A stretch of 64,000 bases of DNA from Burkholderiales bacterium (GTDB taxonomy: Bacteria > Pseudomonadota > Gammaproteobacteria > Burkholderiales > Ga0077523), in NCBI GenBank assembly GCA_019747905.1, contig JAIEQG010000007.1, forward strand, positions 17,189-81,188, in the 5' to 3' direction. Under the pieces are notes generated by a model that saw nothing but the letters and a program-made list of their open reading frames with translations, searched no databases and was not told the origin of the DNA. The position numbers were made by a program, and so were the translations under genes. Position 1 is the stretch's first letter; each line of letters opens with the position of its first letter. This document shows positions 41,242 to 48,430 of this stretch, piece by piece.

Positions 41242-42062
41242 GTTCGTCTCCGTGCGATGTAACTGTAGAAATTGCAGGCCCCGAAGAAGACGCCGCGATC
41301 CGACCGGCGCAGCACTTCCTCCGCCCACGCCACCGCCTCGTCCTCCGTGGCGGCCCCGGCTTTCGGCAGCAGCTTCATGAAGGACTGGATTCCCGGTTTC
41401 CAGAAATCGGCGGCACCCACTTCGGCCAGCACATACGACCAGGACGAAACCAGGTCCACTTTCGCATCTCGCAGCCTCTGCGGCATCTCGCGCATCACCC
41501 GCGGATTGGTCACGATGGCCGCGATGATGGCCTCGTCCATGGCACGGCCGCGCGCGGGATCGTCGGTGCCGAAGGTGATCGAGGCATAGTCGCCGTCGAA
41601 GATGCCGATCATGCCGCCGGGCTTGACCACGCGGGCCAGCTCTTCGATCACGGCCTGCGGGTCGTCCACGTGGCTGATCAGCGTGTGCGCGATCACCGCG
41701 TCGAACGCGGCGTCCGGAAGCTTGAGGCTCTGCGAGTCGCCGGCCCGGAAATCCACCTTCGCAGCCAGCCCCTCGGACCGGGCAAGCCGTTGCGCGGCAT
41801 GGATCAGCGACGGGCTGAGATCGATGCCGGTGACGTGCCCCTTGAACGCGGGTCGCCGCGCGACTGTTCGGGCTACCACGCCCGTACCGCAACCGACGTC
41901 GAGCACGGTGCCCGCCCCGTCGATGCCCATGCCGTCGAGGTACTCGCCCATCATGTGCAGGAACTTCGGATGGCGCCCGCGCGCCTCGAGACGCGCTTCG
42001 AGCACGCCCAGAGTGTCGCCGTCCAGTTGATCGGTGATGCGATAGACGTCGACGGCAGCCAT
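41238..42062 (-). CDS. Class I SAM-dependent methyltransferase
   Basis: Start at ATG 42062. Motif I 'VLDVGCGTGVVAR'; post-I 'VTGIDLS'; 'VVKPGGMIGIFD'. Confidence 0.85.
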   Translation of the reverse strand: MAAVDVYRITDQLDGDTLGVLEARLEARGRHPKFLHMMGEYLDGMGIDGAGTVLDVGCGTGVVARTVARRPAFKGHVTGIDLSPSLIHAAQRLARSEGLAAKVDFRAGDSQSLKLPDAAFDAVIAHTLISHVDDPQAVIEELARVVKPGGMIGIFDGDYASITFGTDDPARGRAMDEAIIAAIVTNPRVMREMPQRLRDAKVDLVSSWSYVLAEVGAADFWKPGIQSFMKLLPKAGAATEDEAVAWAEEVLRRSDRGVFFGACNFYSYIARRRT

Positions 42063-42091
42063 GCGTTTCCTCTCGAAATCGAAACAGCGGA

Positions 42092-42556
42092 CTATCTGGG
42101 CGTGACCGCCGCGATGCACTCCACTTCCACGCGCGCACCCAGCGCCAGACCATTGGCGCCGAGCGCACTGCGTGCCGGAAACGGAGGCGCGAAGAACGTG
42201 CGGTAGACCTCGTTGAACGCCGCCCACTCGCTGATGTCGGCCAGCATCACGGTGCACTTCACCACGTCGCGCATCGTATGGCCGTTGGCCTCGAGCGAAG
42301 CCTTGATGTTCTCCATGGTCTGTCGGGCTTCTTCCTTCATGCCTCCGGGCACCAGCTTCATCGTGCCCGGTGCGATGCCCACCTGGCCGGAGAGGTACAC
42401 GGTGTTGCCCACGCGGACCGCCTCGGAGAACGGCAGCGTGGTGGGCAGCACCCTGCCCGAGTTGTAGTACTCGATCGGCGCGGAGTCCGCAGCGAATACG
42501 GAACCGGCAACACAAAGGCAGGCGCTGGTCAGCGCGATCGTGCAGAGCAGTCTCAT
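42092..42556 (-). CDS. RidA/YjgF-family protein with N-terminal signal peptide
   Basis: 154 aa. 'MRLLCTIALTSACLCVAGSVFA' looks like a cleavable signal. The RidA core is 'VYLSGQVG...NIKASLEANGHTMRDVVKCTVML...ARSALGANGLALGARVEVE'. GAGGAG RBS. Confidence 0.88.
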   Translation of the reverse strand: MRLLCTIALTSACLCVAGSVFAADSAPIEYYNSGRVLPTTLPFSEAVRVGNTVYLSGQVGIAPGTMKLVPGGMKEEARQTMENIKASLEANGHTMRDVVKCTVMLADISEWAAFNEVYRTFFAPPFPARSALGANGLALGARVEVECIAAVTPR

Positions 42557-42585
42557 CGAATCGTCTCCTCGGACGGTGAATCGCC

Positions 42586-43773
42586 TCAGGCTTGCGTGGC
42601 AAACGGCCCGAAGTCGGCCAGGCGCACGTGGCGCTGCGCGTAGGCCGCGCCCACGCGCTGGATGTTGGGGATGTGCTTGATCGAATCCATCTCCTGCATG
42701 GTCGCCGGATCGATGTCGCCGAGACCCAGCGCATTGAGACCGGCGTGGGTCACATCCGGGTCATAGCGCAGGTAGGTGAACAGTTTCGGTCCGGTCCAGT
42801 TGGCCCTGCCATCGACGGTCCCGACCATCGCCCCGTACTCGCGGTCGATCTCGGCCCCGAAGCGGCAATCGCCGAGCATCCTGCAGGTCATGTCCCAGCC
42901 GGCCGAGGCGGCGTTCATCAAGGCGCCGGGAATGCTCGTCGCATGATGGAGGATATTCATGTCGTCGGCTTCGAGCTTCGGGCGGGCCTTCGGTGCACTG
43001 CCGGTCCCGACTGAGACGATCAACAGCTGGTCCGTACCAGTACGCCAGTTCAGCCGATACGGCGCCGCGGTCGCCATCTGGAACGCCAGGTAGGCGGGGT
43101 TGTTGTAGGTGGTGACGCCACCGTCCACGAAGATGAACGAATACTCCTTCGGCGAACCCTCCCCGAAGGTCACCACTTCGGGCGGAAAGAACGTGGGCGC
43201 GGCGGTACTGGCGCGCACGAGCTGCCACAGCGGCAGGTCCAGGTTGCAGTCGCCTCGAGCGCGCTGGTTGTACTTCGCGGCCGGGTTGTTCCACACCGGC
43301 CAGGGCGAATCGGTCGTGTGGTTGCGCATGACCATCATCAACAAGGTCCTCAGCCGATCGCTGCCCAGCGGCGCATTCGGATACCTGGCGCTCGGCTGGT
43401 GTCCGAGGGCACGATCCAGTTCGGCGCGCAGCTTCTTCGCCAGCGGTTCGTCATTGTAGGTGTAGCGCAGGCGCTTGAACAGCGACGCCTTGTCGAACAT
43501 GTCGCGGCCGCTGCCCACGTAGAACTCGCGCATCTGATCCATGGACATGCCCGACGCGATGCACGCGGCGATGATCGCGCCGGTGCTGGTGCCGCACACA
43601 AAATCGAACCAGTCGGCCAGCACCAGGTCCGGCTTGCCGTGCTGTTTGCGCAGGTCGGCCTCGAGCTTCGCCAGGACCTCGGTGCTCATCAAGCCCAGGA
43701 TCCCGCCGCCGTCGCAGGCCAGGATCTTCTTGGGACCGTTCGGGGCCAGCTTCTCGGCCAGAGATCTCGTCAT
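42586..43773 (-). CDS. Patatin-like phospholipase
   Basis: 395 aa. Oxyanion 'CDGGGILG', nucleophile elbow 'GTSTG', catalytic Asp 'FVDGGV'. GAGGAG RBS. 34 nt downstream of the preceding gene. Confidence 0.9.
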   Translation of the reverse strand: MTRSLAEKLAPNGPKKILACDGGGILGLMSTEVLAKLEADLRKQHGKPDLVLADWFDFVCGTSTGAIIAACIASGMSMDQMREFYVGSGRDMFDKASLFKRLRYTYNDEPLAKKLRAELDRALGHQPSARYPNAPLGSDRLRTLLMMVMRNHTTDSPWPVWNNPAAKYNQRARGDCNLDLPLWQLVRASTAAPTFFPPEVVTFGEGSPKEYSFIFVDGGVTTYNNPAYLAFQMATAAPYRLNWRTGTDQLLIVSVGTGSAPKARPKLEADDMNILHHATSIPGALMNAASAGWDMTCRMLGDCRFGAEIDREYGAMVGTVDGRANWTGPKLFTYLRYDPDVTHAGLNALGLGDIDPATMQEMDSIKHIPNIQRVGAAYAQRHVRLADFGPFATQA

Positions 43774-43807
43774 CGGGGGCTCCTCGTCGTGGCCGCGGAC
43801 GCCGCGG

Positions 43808-45763
43808 CTACCAAAGCTTGCGCGTGTCGAGCCAGGTCACCTGGCCGGTGCGGCGTTTCACTTCGTTGTACATGTGCGCCGTGCCGCCCGGGCCGTCGGA
43901 ACCGCCGCCGTCCCACAGGCTCACGAAGCGCACCTTGTCGATGCCGTGCGCGAGCGCCGTGTAGAGCAGCCACAGGTTACAGCGTTCGAAGGCATTGGCG
44001 TCCTTCGGCAAGGGACCCAGATCGTCCGGCATGATGCGCAGCGCGTCCTGCAGTTTCGCCTTCACGGCGAAATAGCGTTGCCGCCAGGACTCGCCGTCCG
44101 CTGACGGCAGCACTGACCGTTCGATGAACTCCGGTTCCTCGAGGGGCATCAGCAACTGCACGCGCACGCCGCGCTCCTGGCACGCTTCGCAAAAGAGCAG
44201 GTCGCCGCCTGCGGCGCCCTGAGTCAGCGCGAGATCGCCCGCCCCCGCCCCGAGCTGGTCGAGCGCCTTCGCCATGGCCGCGGTCGCGACGGGCACCTTG
44301 CCCGCGGGGAAACGGGGCTTGGGCCGATCGGGCGCATCCACCATGTGCCCGGAGAACAGGAAGACCTGGCGCGGCACGAATGGCGGCGTGCTGCGGGCGA
44401 TCTCGCGATCGATGATGTCGAGTACGGCAGCCGTTTCATCCGGGCGGAACTCGAGATCGCGCAGCAGCGTCAGGGTCTGGCGGGTGGAGTCGAGCGCGAA
44501 CCAGTCCTTGTTGGCGGCGGCCACCGCGGTCTTGTATTCACGCAGCGCGGATTCCTTGGGATTCACCAGCAGGAACAGCTCGGCGAGGCTCGCCCGGGCC
44601 CAGTAATCCTTCGGTTTGCGCTCCTGCGCGGTGAGGCAGGCCCAGAGCACACCGCCTTGCAGATTGGTGAGCGCGGTCGCATCCACCGGCTCGCCCAGGT
44701 GCTCCTGCACCATGCGCAGCACCAGCGCGTTGACACCGGAGTAGTAGTGCGATGGGTCACGGATGAACGCGGCGTGGTAGGGATCGATCGCCTCGCGCAG
44801 CGCCGCGTCTTCTGCTGCGGCCGCCGCACGCATCTGCGCGGTCGAAGCACCCGGCTGCGCCCAGCGCTGGATCCACGAGTCCTTGTTGACGCGGCCGGCG
44901 AGCGCCCAGCACTCCGGATCCTCCGGATGGTCCTCGGTGAGGCGCCGCACCCACTCCAGCGCCTCCTCGGACCGCCCCAGGCGTCCGAGACAGATCGCCT
45001 TCTTCTCGCGCACCGCCTTGCGGGTCGGATCCACTTCCAGCACCGCGTCGAACTGCTCGAGCGCAAATTCGAACTGCTTGAGGCGCAGCAGCGTGGTGCC
45101 GGCCATGGTCTTGCCTTCGAGCCACAGTGCCCGCGTCGGCGTCTCCTCGGCCAGCACCAGGATGTCGCCGGGCCGCCCTTTCTGTCGCGCCACCTCCATG
45201 CGGCTTGCCCAACGTTCCTGCGCGTCGCTGAATTCATTGTGCTGCTCCAGCAGCAGCGTGCGCCAATCGGGTTCCTGCAAGTGCGGCAGCAACTGGTAGA
45301 CCGGACTCACCTTCCGTCCCGACCACGCCTCGAGCGTGGCCTTGGCCATCTTCGTGATGGCGCCACGGTCCGCTTCCGAGGTCGCAGGATCGGGGACCCC
45401 GTCCTTCAACCGGTAGCGCAGCTTGCGATCGGTGTAGATGTCGAAGGGTTGCGTGGCGCGCGGGCCCTGCACCAGCAACACCCCGCGCGCACGCAGCGCG
45501 TGGCGCACGCCCAACTCGTACCAGACATTCGGATTGTCCAGCGTGAGATCCGCCACCACGAGATCCGCGACCAGCAGTTCCTGGAACATGTCCATGCGGA
45601 TGTCGCCCGCGCGCTGTTCCTCGTCGGCACGGAACACGTCGAGACCAGCCGCCTCCAGGGCCGGCTTCAGCAGTTCCTCGTAGATGCGGTTGAAGTCGAT
45701 CGGCTTGCCGTCGGCGTCGGGCTTGGTGCCGAACGGCATGGCGAGGAAAGCGTGGGGTTTCAT
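43808..45763 (-). CDS. Large three-module protein: N-terminal Rossmann/TIR-like module (DUF4071/ASK-type), TPR-like helical region, C-terminal LOG/SLOG-like nucleotide-binding module
   Basis: Start taken at ATG 45763 ('MKPHAFLAMPFGTK'); the track ORF starts at a TTG 8 codons upstream. The N-terminus reads 'AMPFG...IDFNRIYEELLKPA...VVADLTLDNPNVWYELGVRHA'. The middle is helical repeats with 'GRVNKDSW'. The C-terminal ~185 aa carry 'VFLFSGH', 'TQGAAGGDLLFCEA' and 'GPGGTAHMYNE' (LOG-type PGGxGTxxE). Confidence 0.8.
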   Translation of the reverse strand: MKPHAFLAMPFGTKPDADGKPIDFNRIYEELLKPALEAAGLDVFRADEEQRAGDIRMDMFQELLVADLVVADLTLDNPNVWYELGVRHALRARGVLLVQGPRATQPFDIYTDRKLRYRLKDGVPDPATSEADRGAITKMAKATLEAWSGRKVSPVYQLLPHLQEPDWRTLLLEQHNEFSDAQERWASRMEVARQKGRPGDILVLAEETPTRALWLEGKTMAGTTLLRLKQFEFALEQFDAVLEVDPTRKAVREKKAICLGRLGRSEEALEWVRRLTEDHPEDPECWALAGRVNKDSWIQRWAQPGASTAQMRAAAAAEDAALREAIDPYHAAFIRDPSHYYSGVNALVLRMVQEHLGEPVDATALTNLQGGVLWACLTAQERKPKDYWARASLAELFLLVNPKESALREYKTAVAAANKDWFALDSTRQTLTLLRDLEFRPDETAAVLDIIDREIARSTPPFVPRQVFLFSGHMVDAPDRPKPRFPAGKVPVATAAMAKALDQLGAGAGDLALTQGAAGGDLLFCEACQERGVRVQLLMPLEEPEFIERSVLPSADGESWRQRYFAVKAKLQDALRIMPDDLGPLPKDANAFERCNLWLLYTALAHGIDKVRFVSLWDGGGSDGPGGTAHMYNEVKRRTGQVTWLDTRKLW

Positions 45764-45822
45764 GTCAATGGCGCCGGGCCGCCCCAAGCCAATTGACGCG
45801 CCCCCATGGGGCTGAGCCCGGA

Positions 45823-45852
45823 CACGTCGCAGTCCCTGCGGACTGCGACGTG
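45823..45852. repeat. Hairpin family C copy (13-bp stem) in the 5' leader of the large three-module gene
   Basis: 'cacgtcgcagtcc ctgc ggactgcgacgtg'. The core is the reverse complement of that at 2207-2234. A second hairpin, ggtcgggcc-tgca-ggcccgacc, follows at 45864-45885. Confidence 0.5.
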
Positions 45853-45977
45853 CCTGGCGAAGCGGTCGGGCCTGCAGGCCCGACCGTGGACCAGCGACCG
45901 AAGGGAGCGTGGGGGCCGTATCATTTTCGGTACGTTACCGGAGAAACGAAGTCCGACGCATACACGAACGAACGTCA

Positions 45978-46111
45978 GCCCCCATCCCAACCTTCCCCCA
46001 ACGAAGTTGGGGGAAGGAGCCGTACATCCCCTCCCCCGGCTTCGCCGGGGGAGGGCGGAGGGTGGGGGCAAGCGAAGCGCCGGCTGCGCCGGGGGAGGGT
46101 TGGGGTGGGGG
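45978..46111 (+). repeat. REP family A, about 1.5 units
   Basis: 'gcccccatcccaa ccttccccca-acgaagt-tgggggaagg ... ctcccccgg-cttc-gccgggggag ggcggagggtgggggc ... gccgggggagggttggggtgggggc'. Confidence 0.8.
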
Positions 46112-46206
46112 CCTTCCGAACGTCGTCCTCCCAGCTAAGCTGCAGCCCGAAAGAGGGCCCACGATCGGCCTTGCAGATGCAGTTCAAAGCTGCCGATTCG
46201 AGCCCA

Positions 46207-46533
46207 TCAAGCCCGCCCCACCGACGTGCGCCCGTGTTCCGCCCCCGCCACGCTCTTCAGCGCACGCGCCACCACATCCAGCGCCAGTTCCTCCTTCAGC
46301 TCGCGCGGGGCCGGCAGCATTTCCGCACGCAGGGCCAGCGCCATGGCGACGGCCTGCAACACGTCGCCGTTGGCGGCCGTGCGCCCGCCCTCCACCTGGG
46401 TGTCGAGCGCGTTCAACAGGGCGGAGAGCAGTTCCCCGACGCGCGCCGCGGAGACGGTTTCGGGATGCAGTTCGAAGGCCACGTCGATGACGGTGCCCGA
46501 GGAGGTCACGGCACGATACGGCAAGGAGGACAT
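46207..46533 (-). CDS. Hypothetical protein (108 aa)
   Basis: ATG at 46533 preceded by 'aaggagga'. Acidic and helical. No family recognised. Confidence 0.4.
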   Translation of the reverse strand: MSSLPYRAVTSSGTVIDVAFELHPETVSAARVGELLSALLNALDTQVEGGRTAANGDVLQAVAMALALRAEMLPAPRELKEELALDVVARALKSVAGAEHGRTSVGRA

Positions 46534-46665
46534 GGTTCGGGTCGGGTCGGAAGACACGCCAGTGTATCGGCAACGCCGACCCCGCGGTCGAGGGGGATGC
46601 CGCGGCAGCACGACAGCAGCGGGTCCCCATGCCCCGCTGTCGTCGCACGCCGCACGCAGCGCGCT

Positions 46666-47391
46666 TCACCGCGCCGTCACTGATCGACTGTTTTCCGATG
46701 AGCGCCCGCGCGCGACTCCGCCCACGATCATCGCACCAACCAGCAGCATGACCCAGGTCTCAGGTTCGGGAACGGGGGCCGGCGCGAGATTGCCGGCGCC
46801 GTATCCCGCCACGAACGGTGCGAGGTCACCCGAGTTCGTACCGGTGCCGGCGGGAATGTCCCAGCTGACTGCCGCTCGCCGGCCGCGAGCTCCGTCATCG
46901 CCGATCGGCCACACGCTCTGGGTGAGCTTCTTGAACACGACGGCACCGTGGACCGTGCTGTCGTCGAACGAGAGCGCGGTGAAGAACGCATCGGTCATGA
47001 CGAGTTGCGCGAACGTGACCGGCCCTGCACCACCATCCTGCACCAGTTCCACCGTCACGACCGGGATGGCATCGCCCTGCAGGAGGTAGGCGTACATCGC
47101 CGGAACGCTCGCATCGAACGCCTGGACCCAGGTGAGCTCGCCCGGCTGCGGCTTGCCGACCGACGCTCCGCCACCCTTGGTCCAGCTGCTCTCCGCAGTC
47201 ACGCGCCAGGCCACGGCATCGAGTTCGATCCAGTTTTCGTACCCTTTCACCTGGCTCTCGCCGTTCACGGCCGGTTCGCCACCGGTCATGCGCATGAACG
47301 CCTGGTCCGCTCGCGCAGGTGCTGCGCCCTCGACGATGCAGAGGGCGAGCGCCAACAGGAGCGATCGATGGAACCACCGTGGCGCGTTCAT
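46666..47391 (-). CDS. Hcp-fold (T6SS tube protein-like) protein with Sec signal peptide and PEP-CTERM anchor, paralog 1
   Basis: Start at ATG 47391 (ATGA overlap with paralog 2). 'NGESQVKGYENWIELDAVAWRVTAESSWTKGGGASVGKPQPGELTWVQAFDASVPAMY' follows the Hcp pattern (GES..H...I.v.s.sWG......GGG..GK....d......D.S.P.l). The C-terminus is 'VPEPETWVMLLVGAMIVGGVARGRS'. Confidence 0.75.
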   Translation of the reverse strand: MNAPRWFHRSLLLALALCIVEGAAPARADQAFMRMTGGEPAVNGESQVKGYENWIELDAVAWRVTAESSWTKGGGASVGKPQPGELTWVQAFDASVPAMYAYLLQGDAIPVVTVELVQDGGAGPVTFAQLVMTDAFFTALSFDDSTVHGAVVFKKLTQSVWPIGDDGARGRRAAVSWDIPAGTGTNSGDLAPFVAGYGAGNLAPAPVPEPETWVMLLVGAMIVGGVARGRSSENSRSVTAR

Positions 47392-48146
47392 GACAGAGCC
47401 CGGCTGGCCGGCACCCGGTTGCGGCGCAAGGCGAAGCCGACCAGGACCAGTCCGGACACCACCATGACCCAGGTCTCGGGCTCGGGAACGGGTGCCAGGT
47501 TCGGTGCCGACAACGCAGCGAGCGCGGCACCCTTGCCTTCGAGATTGCCGGGTCCGTATCCCGCCACGAACGCAGCCAGGGCACCGTTGCTTCCGACCGT
47601 CCCCGCCGGGATATCCCAGACCACGTTGATCGGTTTGTCGCGCCCGCCGCTCGCGTCCTGCGGCCAGTAGGTCATCGAGATCTTCTTGAACACACCGGAC
47701 CCCGCCACCGAACTGCCGTTTAACGCGAGCTCGGTGAAGAAGAGGTCCTCGATGTTGAGCTGCAGGTACGTGGCCTCCCCCGCGCCGTTGCTCCGGGTGT
47801 ATTCGACCACCGCGTTCGGCACGGAGAGCCCCTTCAGCATGTACGAATACATTGCGGGAACACTGGAATCGAAACTCTGGATCCAGGAGATCGCACCCGG
47901 ATTGGGCTTGCCTACGGATGCGCCGCCGCCCTTGGTCCAGCTGCTGTCGGCCGTCACTCCCCACGAGACCGAATCGATGTCGATCCAGTTTTCGTAACCC
48001 TCGGTGGTGCTCTCGCCGACGATGCTGGTCGAACCGCCGGTGAAACGCAGGTAGTAGTCGTCCGCATGCGCAGGAATTGCGCACGCAGAAGCGATGAACG
48101 CGAATACGGCAAAGGCCGTGCCGTTGACAGTCGATGATGGCCACAT
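47388..48146 (-). CDS. Hcp-fold protein with Sec signal peptide and PEP-CTERM anchor, paralog 2
   Basis: Start at ATG 48146 (AGGAG 7 nt upstream). 'VGESTTEGYENWIDIDSVSWGVTADSSWTKGGGASVGKPNPGAISWIQSFDSSVPAMY'. C-terminus 'VPEPETWVMVVSGLVLVGFALRRNR'. Confidence 0.75.
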   Translation of the reverse strand: MWPSSTVNGTAFAVFAFIASACAIPAHADDYYLRFTGGSTSIVGESTTEGYENWIDIDSVSWGVTADSSWTKGGGASVGKPNPGAISWIQSFDSSVPAMYSYMLKGLSVPNAVVEYTRSNGAGEATYLQLNIEDLFFTELALNGSSVAGSGVFKKISMTYWPQDASGGRDKPINVVWDIPAGTVGSNGALAAFVAGYGPGNLEGKGAALAALSAPNLAPVPEPETWVMVVSGLVLVGFALRRNRVPASRALS

Positions 48147-48430
48147 GATGTTTCTCCTGGTTGACTCCGATGAGTGAGCGACACCGGGAAACGGCGGAGA
48201 TCGGGCCTGCACCGAGTCGACGGCTGATGCGCTCGGGAATGGCGGTGGCGGAATGACGATGGAATCCACCGGCCGCACGCCTGCGACGATACGCGCTCCC
48301 GGCGGCAGCGAGAACCACCGCGAGCGCGCGCCGCGTTACCTTACGGCGGCGGCCGACGGGGCCGGCTCAGCCCCGCAGGAAGGCTGGCCCCTTGTGCAAA
48401 GGGCGGCGGGGGCCCGTCCGGGCCCTGACC

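Noticed and set aside
45764-45787. TTG-initiated 8-codon extension of the 651-aa gene, as in the ORF track.
   Set aside because: The in-frame ATG at 45763 directly precedes the conserved 'MKPHAFLAMPFG' beta-strand. The extension adds only 'GRPGAID' and runs toward the leader hairpins. It cannot be excluded without N-terminal mapping.
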